From Psilocybe cubensis (lineage: Eukaryota), in the NCBI GenBank assembly GCA_017499595.2, contig CM039004.1, forward strand, positions 3,286,001-3,350,000: a stretch of DNA of 64,000 nucleotides, given 5' to 3'. Positions 42,647 to 54,166 of this stretch are shown here, in pieces (position 1 is the stretch's first letter; each line of letters starts with the position of its first letter). The translations under genes were made by a program, and so were the position numbers. Under the pieces are notes generated by a model. It searched no databases. It was not told the DNA's origin and worked only from the letters and a program-made list of their open reading frames with translations.

Positions 42647-43908
42647 CACTGCGGGCGCCGACCGCTGTAAGTTAAACATACAGCAGTAAACTTACATGTC
42701 TTATGTAAGTTTAGGTGTATGTTCAACTTACAGCATATGTGTCGGGAAAACAAAAATTTAACAAAGACATATTGTGTTTGGTGGCTGTATGCCGACCAAA
42801 CACAATTGCTGTAAGTAGACTGTAAATAGAATAAACACCTAAATTACACAAATTGTGTTTGTCCGGTGTTAGTAAAACATACACATTTTCTGTAAATGAC
42901 ACAAACAGCACTTTCTGTAAGTAAAATTTACACACAAAGAAAACAATTTGTGTATGTTATACTTACACAAGTTTTTCAATTCATTTAATGGTGTAAGTCT
43001 GACATACACAAATAGTGTTCTTTGTGTGTAAATTTTACTTACAGAAAGTGCTGTTTGTGTCATTTACAGAAAATGTGTATGTTTTACTAACACTGGACAA
43101 ACACAATTTGTGTAATTTAGGTGTTTATTCTATTTACAGTCTACTTACAGCAATTGTGTTTGGTCGGCATACAGCCACCAAACACAATATGTCTTTGCCG
43201 AGTGTTTGTTTTTCATAAGATTGGGCTCATCAGGAACCAGCACCCCCTTAGGTAAGCAAAAGTTGGCTTACCTCCGAACCTTTTCAGCCCTTCTGCACTC
43301 ACACTATTCTACATTTTTGAACCACAGATATGTAGATTATGCTTTTTTGAACACATCTGTGGTTTTTTTTTTTCCAAAAAATTTTGATCTCAAGAAGTTA
43401 TAAAGATTTTAATTTTTTTCCCTTTTTTTTACTCTAACACGTCAGAAATGGTGTTTTCTCGAGTTTAGGAGATTTTCGAAAATTTGACAATGTTCTTTTG
43501 GCCGCTTATATAATGGAGCACGTGACTACACGTGACAGAAAGTCACGCCTAAGTAATACCTCTCAGACTCATTATGGACTTGCAGAAAATACAATTTGAC
43601 CTCTGAGGTCTATTTCTATTATTGTGGGCATAAAGGCTAGCAGTAAGAAATGTATATGCACATTTATGAAATTTTTTTTTAAAAACTTTTTGTCTGAAAA
43701 CATTTTCTGTCAACATAACTTTTGATTTTTTTTTTCGAGCTGGATTTTGGCCGCTCTTGGCGCCAAGCCCATTGATTACATAAGAGTGCTGGTTCCTGAT
43801 GAGCCCAATCTTACACATGTGCTGTATGTCGAACTTACAGCGAAACTTACATAAGACATGTAAGTTTTCTGCTGTATGTTTAACTTACAGCGGTCGGCGC
43901 CCGCAGTG
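42647..43908. mobile_element. CACTG-ended foldback element, same terminal family as the 25012 MITE
   Basis: Termini CACTGCGGGCGCCGACCGCTGTAAGTTAAACATACAGCAG and its exact reverse complement. The arms extend about 300 bp, with inner arms at about 42763-42940 and 43018-43197. No matching TSD (GCT vs AAG). Confidence 0.85.
43218..43811. mobile_element. Tc1/mariner-type MITE with TA TSD, nested in the foldback arm
   Basis: 26-bp TIR AGATTGGGCTCATCAGGAACCAGCAC / GTGCTGGTTCCTGATGAGCCCAATCT with TA on both sides. Removing it restores the symmetry of the host foldback. Confidence 0.85.
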
Positions 43909-44574
43909 AAGTGCATTGCGAGTGCATGCGAGTGCACGGTGGCTGTGCTCAAGTGCAGTGCAGTGCGCGCGCAAGTGCAAACATAAAAAAAACGCAAATG
44001 CACAGTCCGTTATAGTACACAGCGTCATATACTTGATATACATGATATTTACATAGCTAATCAATGTTGTACCTAGGAGATTGAATATTATTTCTTTGTT
44101 TTTGACTTCACTGCCTTCGCTGCAGTCCTATTTTCAGGGATAGGCCGTGGCCTAAGGTTTCTCTTCTCTCCTACTAGGCTCGGTGGGTCGTATAATTTTG
44201 ACAGAGTTTGGGTTGGTAGGAATGATAGAAAAGCCATGTATCGTCTTAATAAGTAGAGTGAGACCTCCGTGAAGGGCCACCCTTTTCCACTTTATAATAA
44301 AGTTGTCTGCCAGTGTTACATGAATGAATATTATCAGTCAACTGCCGTGAAAAATATCAAATAATAGTATATACTTACCTTTGATAGTATATCTGCTGTA
44401 AAAATTATGGATGAAGTATTCCCAATCCAACTCTTTTGTTCTCAGACAGCTATCAATTGACGAAGGGATTGAACTAAGTCATTGTCACGGTCTCTGATTC
44501 TAGACATGTCAAGCGTCAACCCCCAAAAAGCCTTCCATAGGCACGGTGACACTCGAGTACTATGAAGTAAATAT

Positions 44575-44772
44575 AAGTGCATTCAAGTGCAATGTAAGTG
44601 TATGCAAGTGCACGCAAGTACAATGCAAGTGCAATGCCAGTGCAATGCCAGTGCATGCAAGTGCAGTGCGAGTGCATGAAAGTGCGCGCAAGTGCACATG
44701 AGTGCATGCGAGTGCAGTGCAAGTGCACGCAAGTGCAGTGCAGTGCAAGTGCAGTGTAAAGCAAGTGCATGT
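44575..44772. repeat. (AGTGCA/TGCAAG)-type degenerate minisatellite inside the TIR element
   Basis: Directly visible. The same motif occurs at 42570-42645, 43909-43980 and, inverted, at 45400-45440. Confidence 0.85.
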
Positions 44773-45935
44773 GACATAAATGTGACATAAATTAGAAGGT
44801 TATCGGAGACAAGTCAATTATTGTATAATTGCCAGCAGAATTCCCAGCTATAAGCATAATTTTTAATGTTACCCGATTTCTTAATCCGAATAGAGGAAGG
44901 TTTAGCAGGCAGACATTGTTTTGCTTGATGTAGTACCTCATCATTGTAGAGAGAATATTCAAACTTATTTTTGATTTATTTCGCCCCAAGGTGCCCGGAG
45001 AGAGTAAAAAACACTATTGGGAGAATGGGTATACCACACAGACCGAAATATATAAGTTTTTTGTTTTATTTTCCCATACTCCAAGGCAGAAGGTGTATTT
45101 ACAACGAGTTCATTGGTTCTTGTGACAACAAATCACAAGTCCGTGACAACACATCCCTGGCAGTGAAATGTGCCAGAAAATAGCGTACAAACTGTCTGAA
45201 GCAAATTTTAGAATAAATAGTCTAACAGAGGTAGTATTCAAAACTCATGCTAGAAGCCAAAATTGTTTATTTGCCTCAGACCTCAGTTGTACGAGCAAAA
45301 CATGGCATGTTCTCCTCACTCGGCATGCACCGGCACCTTTGTCCCGAGGAAATAATTGTGACATATTCACACACTGTCACGCGCGATGCAAGTGCAGAGT
45401 TGCACTTGCATTGCACTTGCATGCACTTGCGTGCACTTATTTTTCTATTTGCCCATACATATCCGTTGCACATGCCGGAGGACACCAATCAAGGTCCCTC
45501 ACGGGACTGGCACAGCATTTACAAGAGATTGTCTTTATGAATACTGACCTCTCAAATGTTCCAGCTGTTGGTAAGCACTACTGTACCCGACCCTGAATAT
45601 GGCCATTTCGGAATGTTCTTCAAATTGCGAGCGCCTATGCAAACCCTTTGCTACAATTCTTTTTGAAAAACGTCGGCGTACATCTTAACTTTAACATATA
45701 AAATTTTCAGATTTTTTGAGTGTTTTGAGGAAGGGCAATGAATATTTTTCTACCGAAACCCCAAAATATGGCTTTACACGGCAACCAGCCAGGCGTGGGA
45801 ATCTCGGCATTATTGACCGCAGTCGATGCTCGCGATAAGGATTCTCACCTTTTCTACGCAGTCATCATCAACATTCTTGCTCCCTCGTCCATTTAACACC
45901 AATCGGCTAAAGGTAACACTTTGTTTGTACATTTT

Positions 45936-48443
45936 TCATATGAAATAGCCACTATTTACGAGTTTTACGTCTAGGATACCGTCTTGCACCAACATCTTCA
46001 AGGTTGATAAGTGGTGGGTCAGCTGCCTCAACCGTTGGGGCTCAGCTTGAGCATTGTTGTTGTTGCGAAGGGATGTTGGATTTGGTTGATGATGGGCTGG
46101 TGGAGGCTGAGGTTCTTCAGGTGCGATATATACAATCATCCTTATTCTTTTCCACTCTTCATCAAAAGCCACTGTTGCCAGTCCCTGATCCGAATCAGCA
46201 TCATCATCAATGTGAGTCTCAGTAACAGCTCGTCTGGTCACCCTTTTCCTGCCCCCTCCCCTTCCACGTATATGAACTTGTGCTCGGACTTTTGCTGCAG
46301 CTATTTCTTCAGCCCACTTTACCTTTTCTGCAGCCTTTGCCTCTCGCTCCTTTTTCTTTTTCTCTTTCTCTACTTCCTTTTCAGTATTTTGCCTCTGCTT
46401 CTCTGCCTCTCGCTCTGCTCGCTTTGAAGCCTGTTCTGCCATTCTAACCTCTAGTGCAGCCTCCTTCTCCGCATCATCAATTGCCTTCCGCCTTGCCTTT
46501 AGTATTTTATTTGCTTCTTTTAACATTGCTTTCCAGCCCTGTCGCCACTCAGCCTCTGCAAGTTCATCGAGGTTCTTGGTACTAGTCATATGGCGGGGAT
46601 TTGATGATGAGTAAGTCTTCTTTCTAGTAGTATCCCGGTGATATAAGAGTTGTCGGAGGCGCTCATTCTCCTTTACCATAATTGTTTTTGTTGCATGGTC
46701 CCGTTCAATTTGGATTTGCATATCATCGAGTAGTTTTCGCAGTTGTGATATTTGTAATCGTAGTTCAGGGCGTCCGGCCGTATGAGAGAGTGAAGGAGGT
46801 AATCCAATTAAGCGATATCGACTCGAAACAGATGATGCTGAAGACATAGTCGAGAGTATAGTAGGTGCCGCCTCAGACTGTGTGCCTATACTGTGCTCAC
46901 TTGGTATAGACTGTGTTGTATCTGATGTAGTGTCTGATTAATTGTATGTAAAAAAATGAGACATTGACTTACCTGGCACAATCTCGAGAAGTGGAGTAAG
47001 ATTAGATGTAACGGGTAGAGCAGCCTGAGTTGTTGTGTTTTTGGATGGCTCGTATGCTTCTAATGGAATAATTCCCGGATTGATAGGCCAGATGCCGGTT
47101 TTTGCAAATGCAGAAATAATTGTAGACCTTTTGAATGCCTTTTCTTGTGCAGTGTGGTAATGTCGGAGAAAGTTAAACTTGGTAACAGGAATGCCGTTGC
47201 GTGTTAACCGGTTTACCAGTGATTTCCAGCTATTGGATAGCGGGCTGAAAGCACCAACATCACAAGGCTGCAACACATGGGTAGTATGGGAGGGAGGCAA
47301 ACAATGACAATCTTGTTCCGTTCTGCAAAGCGGCAAAGCTTGAAAGTGCAGTGTGAGTTGTGACCATCAAGTATAAGCAACCGGTACCCTCCAGATGTGT
47401 TGCGCTCTTCTGATTTTGGATGAAAATCCCGCTCTAGCCACATGCTTCCAAGCTCTTTATCAGTCCACCCATTTTCTGAAATAGATAAACTGTATTAAAT
47501 GTATAAAATATCTGAGTTTGCATTATATACAATATAACAGAAAGTCTACCTAGCGTTAGATGGATTATCCTTTCCCCATTCTAATATACGCCGCTTTGCT
47601 TGATAGATAACTGATGGCGAAAGTGATGTGCCATCAGCACAAATGGTTTCAATAATAGTCACCATTTCACGGTTCCCATTTTCAACTTGTTGTACATTTT
47701 TCTGTGTTTTGTCAACAATTGCAGAAACAGCTTTTCCAACGCCAAGTTGTATTCCTTTTTCATCTGAGTTATAGATGTTGCTTGGTATGATATCATATTC
47801 CTAAATTAAGGAGATCTTTGAATTATGTCATATCTAGGGATGATATTTTTACATGCCTCGATTAGATCTTTGATCATCACAAAAAACTCTCCAACAACTG
47901 TCGGATTCAAAGAGCGGGCCCGACATTCCTCAAGTACAGAGGTTTTTTTGATTTTAAGATCAGTATGTCGTTCCAAAAACTTCCGGGGCCAGTTGATACC
48001 AATTTTCTGTTGTGATATTTCCTGAAAAATAGTACAGTATAAGTAACAGATTACCAATCATAGCACATACAATATAACAAAATAGCACTTACTGAAGCAT
48101 ATTCCTGAAGCATGTCCTGAGTTACAGGAAACCCCCGTCGTCCTAATGTCTTTGCCCAATCAACTAGAATACTTTCTTCGGCATCTGAAAGTGCATGTTC
48201 GCCTGCATGTGCATCACGTTTGGTTTTGACTCCATTTAGCCGATTAGTCAACATTCCACGCTTGACACTGTAAATGCGACACGCCTCCCGGATTGACAGT
48301 GTGTGCTGACCATTAGACTTTAAAGGTGAGGACATAATGGCTTGAATAGCTTCTTGAATCCGATTTTCCATAGTATTATTGATAAGATCTGGGATGTCAT
48401 CATTGGTAAAATCATATGGAGAAACAGGAGAGGTTGTAGACAT
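45936..48443 (-). pseudogene. pogo/Fot1-like DDE transposase, intron-containing, frameshifted
   Basis: HTH region (SIREACRIYSV, LSDAEESILVDW, IGINWPRKFLERH) and DDE_1 motifs (IYNSDEKG, RLLILDGHNSH, SHTTHVLQPCDVGAFSPL). There is a frameshift at VCLPP near 47295. Confidence 0.85.
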
Positions 48444-48733
48444 TCTGTGAGTAGTTGAGGTAGAAAAGCGAGTACAGCTGATTTCTAGTAGCTATTGACA
48501 GTGTATTCTAATTAGTTATTATATACTAGGGGTGGAATTAAAGGAGGACATACTTCGGACTTTTTATGGCATTTTGCATGATTCTTCTACTTTTCCGAGT
48601 GCTATAACTTGGTGAGATGGTGGTTCTATCATTCAAAAATTGGTATTCAATGTCATAGGACATTGCAAAACACAAACGCGCCTTCAATTTTTGCCGATCT
48701 TTAGCCGTTCTGAAGAACTTCTTTCAATGTTGA

Positions 48734-49183
48734 TGTCAGGGCAACACTATAATCAGTGTGACAAGGCCACCAACAAAGATCAAGCAAGGGAGAGAGAGAG
48801 AGAGCAGAGGGAGAGTAAGAGAGCAAAGAGAGAATAAGAGAGTGAGAGAGACTCAATGATTCTAAGAGATCACACCAATGATAGTGGATATCCTAAGAGA
48901 TTGAAGCTGAAGCTACAGCTACCTACAAGTCCAGTATTTATACTCTACAGCTATTCTAGAATATTCCCTACATTACATCATAAAGGAAGGTTAAAGAATA
49001 AAAGTGACATCATATAGAAAAAGGATGAGTAAGGCTAGGAATCATATAGAATTTACTAGAAAGAAGTGGAGCAAGAAGGCTGTGATGAAAGAAATAAACT
49101 ATCTAATCAGATAATTGATAAGATAATGAAAGGATAAGATAATTCTGTGAAGATAAAGAGGGGAAACTGGAGAAACCTTGACA
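48734..49183. mobile_element. Solo LTR (450 bp), inserted in the pogo element
   Basis: TGTCAGGG...CCTTGACA termini and a 5-bp TSD GTTGA. A near-identical inverted copy lies at 56297-56746. Confidence 0.92.
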
Positions 49184-52100
49184 GTTGAAGGTGTTCAAAA
49201 TTAGCTACTTTTTACTGATTGTCATATTTCAAGCCTAAAAAAATCGCAAAAAATAAGAGAAGCGAGATTGTGGTACCTTGAAGTGTTATCACTGTAGATC
49301 AAGTCATTGTTTGCCGCAATTTTTCCTCATCTTCTCCGAATACTGCATACAATATGCATATGTTTAAATAGGCAAATCAGTCAAGTCATGCACTTAATTT
49401 CCAATTCTCGGAATATTCTCTAGAGATATCTACTTGGAATTGAATGTATATTGTAGCCAGGGTTATATATGACCAATGTATACTGTTTTTGTGTCTGCTC
49501 AGCGCAGTTGTTGTGTTTGACCAAGTCGATAATTATGGATCAGACGTGAGAATGATTAGCAAATCAATGGTGATGGTGAAATCTCACGGTGTATTGGCAA
49601 GATTGTGGCAGCAATAATTACTCCCTTGCTCTAAAAGTTTCTGATGTGGTGTAGAAGTACCACAAGAGAAGTAATACACAAAAAGATTGAAAGAAATTGC
49701 TATACAACTCGTCAAAATTGCTCAGTGGCCATTTTCCGGGGTTGGCCGGTTTCAGGGTCGGGTACAGTACATATGCCAAGAAATAAAGTCATAATTTGCG
49801 ACTAAAACAAACTGAGTTGTATTATGAGACTTTACGTAAGTAAAGCGAGTTCTTTTATCCCCACAACCCACTGTGCAAAAAAATGTCCTCGCCAATTGTC
49901 CCCATCAGTAAATCATTGATGCCATCAAAATTGCGTGATTAATACCAGCTTTTACTTAACCGGTACGAGCTTTATGACCCGTCGCTACGCGCCGTGGGGT
50001 TTGCTTTGCTCACCCACTTGCTTCGCTGACGGGCCACAGCTCGCGGGGCTGTGCCCCTGGACCCCGCAGTTGGCGCCTTGCGCCTCCGTACTAAGTTGCT
50101 AAGATATTTTGCATATAATGCATATAGTATTGATATTTATTACATAGAGAAATTATGTACTTTTTGAATAAATACAAAAGGATAGTTTAATTTAATTATT
50201 ATTGAGATCAATAGACAAAACTTCTAGATAAACTATATTTTTTGTTGAAGCATTTTCCCCCAAAGAAGAATCCCATATTGCTTTAATGTTATGTACTGAT
50301 GTGACTCGTGAAATTGCTACATAAAGTTGACCATGGGCAAAAGGTGATGAAATAAGATTAAGTCCAACATGTAAAACTGATTGTCCTTGGGCTTTATTGA
50401 TTGTCATGGCAAATGCCAACTTGATAGGAAATTGGTGTCGGCAAAATTCCAATGGGACTTGTGTATCAGTTGGCGTAATACCAATATGTGGAATAAAAAC
50501 AGTCTCCCCAGCTTTATCTCCAGTCAATAGACGGACTTCTAAAACACAGTTGGCAATTCGTGTAATAATTCCTCTGGACCCATTGCAAACACCTTCACTT
50601 GCATTGAGATTGCGCAAAATTATAACAGGACATCCAATTTTGAGCTTTAATTTAACCAAAGGAAGACCAGAACAATTGATAGTGTTGAGATATTCAACAG
50701 GATACATTAAAACACCTTCTTCACCGTGACCTCGATTATTGAGAATAGTATTAGCACTGTGGAAAACTTTTTCTTCTCCAGGAAACTTGTTGAGAATAAG
50801 TTGGTTGATATCATCAACATCATCATTCTGACTACAGAGAATTGTACGTTCAGCAAAGTAGTGATCTTCATGGCCAGTAGGTCGATGGATTCCAGGATAA
50901 ATAGTCTCTATAAGTGAGGGGATTGTGTTTTCAGGGCATTTGAAATGATTAGGAAGATTTATATTATCAGAATCATCTGTATGTTTGCCTAATTCAATGT
51001 CCAGCTGCTATTGAGCAAATTCTTACTCTTCCAGTCTTCTAGTATTTAGGCGCATATTTTCTGTAAGTTTAAGAACTTTGATGTGTTTCCATACTAAAGA
51101 AGAGTGTTGCATGCATGCACTAACAATCTGAGGCCTTGAGGAGATTTTTGTCCAGGAAGAAGAGGATCATCACAGGGTGTATGGACCATGAATTTTTTCA
51201 CTAATTCAAAAAGTTCTGGTTCTTCATTTTCATCTGGAAATTCAGCTGATATAACACTATCAATGTCTTCAGGTGTGCGTAGCTTGTCATCCGGATGCAG
51301 AAAAACAATCAAATGCATATGAGGGGTAGCCCACATTTTTGAAACTCAATTGTCCATACACTGGCTACTGTATGTCCCATATTCCCTTTTCACATATATC
51401 TTTGATCATTTCCTTCATTTCTGCACAAAATACCCAAACAACTAAATCTGGACGGTCTGAAGCCTGTTGGCCAGGAAGAAGTGCTTCTTTGATTTTAGGC
51501 CAGTTTGGATTGGCTGTAGCAGTAATAAATAAATCGGCACCATGATAGTAGTGGTTTATAGCTAAAGCATCCTGACAATTTTGAATCATGTTGCGTGGAC
51601 TTCCAGCAAAAGAAGAAGGAAGAATTGTACGCTGCCCAAATCAGCACCATCTGCATCTAGATTTGCTATAACAGCATCCATTAAGCCACGCCATGAATCA
51701 CAACAAAATAGTCATTGATTATGTCTAACCCAGCTCAAATGACTTTGCTCAGAAGCTGCGCAACAGTCAACTAAAAACTCCTGCAAAAGCTTTCCTGCTT
51801 TAAAAATATGTTGACTTCCATATTCAATAGAACGTGGATGTGCATAGTGGTGGAAATATTCTGTTTGAGACACATATTTGCGTTTTTTGGAAACATTTTC
51901 AGGGGGAGCATCTTCATCCAAATTGTTATTCTGAGCTTGTTGAACAGCAGGTTGAACATCATTAACCTCTTCACCACCTCAGAAAGGAATAGACGGATGC
52001 CAGCCTAATTGGCCAGTAGAAAATAATAGAACATAATGAAGAGGTAGGTAGAGAGGATGACATGCACTAATCCGCTCTAGGCCTTCACCTACTCTACATC

Positions 52101-53081
52101 TCAAAATAATATCCCTTTCATTAGAATGTATATCTTCACCATCTCCAGGTAGCAATACAGCAATTTCATTTGATGCTCCATTGGTAGGAAGATTATAGTG
52201 TCTTCAATCTGATTCACAATCATATTGAAGAGCAATAGTATGTTGTTCATGAAGCGGCAAATTATGGGTAAGCTCATAAGCCTGCTTATATAGCTGCATT
52301 CCACTATGTCAACAATATAGCATATCTTGAAGAATACTCATTGTATTGCAATCCAGGCCAGAATTTGCCTGATAATTCATGTGATGATGAAGTGCATCTG
52401 CAGGATCATGAATATATAGCTGTACATATATTGGTAATTCTCCTTCTGCCGGTAATAAAGAGCCAGCTTGATGTGAAAGCTTTCCTTAGACCTTGAAAAC
52501 ATAAGGATCATTGCCATTATTAATTGCATGATCAATAGTAACACCCAGAGAAGTCATTGCAAGAGCATTATTATATTGGCAAATATGTTCTCAGAAATTC
52601 TTTGATTGCATATCAGAATTAGAAAGCAAAGCATCCAACTCAGATGGAGCATTTTCTATTTGAGGCAAAATAATTTTTCCATCAAAACAACACATTCCAA
52701 ATTTAGGATTGGCCAAAGATGATTTGGTTAAACGTTTTGCCATCCAATAGAAAGCACCACAATTGTTAGGAATCAACTTAAGTCAAGAGAGAAGAGTGCC
52801 CAAAGACCAAGTTGATATCGAAGCTGGGGTTTGACTACTGACCCCAGGACCCTATATATACATGGAGACCGGAGTAACTACTTCTCGGACCAGAGTACTT
52901 GACATATGACAACTATCAATAGATAAAACAGGAGAACAATAGACGTGGGACCAAACACAAAGATAGAACAAGGCATGACAGCATGGGACCGTAACAGATA
53001 ACAATAACGGATAGGGGTGGCACCAATACATACCCTGACATCACCTCCCCTCTAAAGGTCGGTGTCCCAATGACCTGGTCT

Positions 53082-53978
53082 TCACTGTGGACAGTTTGCA
53101 CCAAAGACACAAGGCAGTCCACCGCCACGACGCGCGGTCTGAATTCCCTCCCTAGGCTGAACAGGCCCGGGGCGAGAGTAACCGTCAGAGTGTTGCTGCG
53201 GAGCCCTGAGAGTGTCCACCTCCATAGGCGAACCAGGGGCAAGCGGCAAGGATGGGCTGGAGCGAGTGTCAACAGCCGTAGGAGTGGGCAAATGCGGAGA
53301 AGCCGTCCCGGAACGGGATGTCCGCGTAGTTGGGGTAGAGCTTGAGGTTGGAGTAGGAGAAGGAGGTTCAATGACAAGGGTAGGAGGGGCGGCAGTAGGC
53401 GCAGGAGGCTGTTTAGGCTTCTTGGACCTAGGGTTGCGGATGCGACGACAGGCAATCCGCTTGCCGATAGCAGAGAGAGCATCACCAACTTCACGAGCGG
53501 TGCCCCTGATAGTGACGGCACGCAAACCGGAGGTGACAACGGGGGAGACCGAGATCATTGCATGCGAGATGTCGTGGATTTGGCGTAAGCCAGTTCCCGC
53601 GTGCCCTATGACGTGGCCAGCCTGTTCGTCCGCAATAGACAGGATAGCAACAATCTTCTCAAGGGCGGCTTTGGTAGTAGTAGAGCGGATGGATTGGGAG
53701 TGTGGGGGCCCTGTAGTAGGGGTAGAGGTAGGTGCAGCCGGGCGTTCCTTCCTAGAGGTGCGTCGAGCGCGAGGTGCTCGAGCAGAGGGAGTGGGAGCGG
53801 CAGGCGGTTTGGGTAGGGAGGCCGTGAGGCGTTCGAGTTTAGACTCAATGGCAGACAGTCGGTCATCAACCTTTTTATCGGCATCAAACCGGACTTGCTG
53901 TGCCCTAAAGAGGAGGGCGAAACGGTCCTTGAGGGACATCGTCATGAACCCATCGTAAGGCGAAGGAGGGTCGGCCAT
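53082..53978 (-). CDS. 298-aa protein: N-terminal coiled coil, type I KH domain, Pro/Ser-rich tail with Gag-like PMEVD motif
   Basis: Uninterrupted ORF filling the interior of the element. LSIADEQAGHVIGHAGTGLRQIHDISHAMISV...RAVTIRGTAREVGDALSAI matches the KH pattern with a GxxG loop. Confidence 0.8.
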   Translation of the reverse strand: MADPPSPYDGFMTMSLKDRFALLFRAQQVRFDADKKVDDRLSAIESKLERLTASLPKPPAAPTPSARAPRARRTSRKERPAAPTSTPTTGPPHSQSIRSTTTKAALEKIVAILSIADEQAGHVIGHAGTGLRQIHDISHAMISVSPVVTSGLRAVTIRGTAREVGDALSAIGKRIACRRIRNPRSKKPKQPPAPTAAPPTLVIEPPSPTPTSSSTPTTRTSRSGTASPHLPTPTAVDTRSSPSLPLAPGSPMEVDTLRAPQQHSDGYSRPGPVQPREGIQTARRGGGLPCVFGANCPQ

Positions 53979-54158
53979 AGAGTATAGTAGATGGGGGCAA
54001 GGTAGAGTGGAGTAGACAAGCGCTGCAGTGGATATAATACCAGGGCAATATTGGGTAGCTTTGATATGCTGTTAGGAATCGACTTAAGTCAAGAGAGAAG
54101 AGTGCCCAAAGACCAAGTTGATATCAAAGCTGGGGTCTGACTACTGACCCCAGGACCC

Positions 54159-54166
54159 TATATATA
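54159..54166 (-). promoter_or_regulatory. TATA box of the 5' LTR
   Basis: TATATATA begins about 35 nt upstream of the predicted transcript start at 54131. It is conserved in the other LTR at about 52853-52860. Confidence 0.55.

Larger units (their letters stand above)
42554..45454. mobile_element. Non-autonomous TIR element (Mutator- or hAT-like) with TGCAAG/TGCAG subterminal repeats
   Basis: Imperfect TIRs GGGCATAGGAAAAAATAAGTGCA / TGCACTTATTTTTCTATTTGCCC. Flanked by gTACATATC (42545-42553) and aTACATATC (45455-45463), a 9-bp TSD with one mismatch or an 8-bp exact match. Confidence 0.75.
45581..49767 (-). mobile_element. pogo/Fot1-like Tc1-mariner DNA transposon
   Basis: 17-bp perfect TIR CTGTACCCGACCCTGAA / TTCAGGGTCGGGTACAG with TA on both sides. 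Contains a transposase gene. Confidence 0.9.

Noticed and set aside
42723-43218. Pair of nearly identical ORFs on opposite strands
   Set aside because: Artefact of the foldback inverted repeat.
44516-44788. Cys/His-rich ORFs resembling metallothioneins
   Set aside because: They are translations of the TGCA minisatellite in all frames.
45157-45330. Possible additional small degenerate MITE (gtacaaactgtctgaagcaaat / atttgcctcagacctcagttgtac)
   Set aside because: The inverted match is short and gapped, with no definable ends or TSD.
53212-53958. 248-aa antisense ORF (and overlapping 207-aa frame) in the KH element
   Set aside because: Shadow frames of GC-rich coding sequence with no recognisable motifs.
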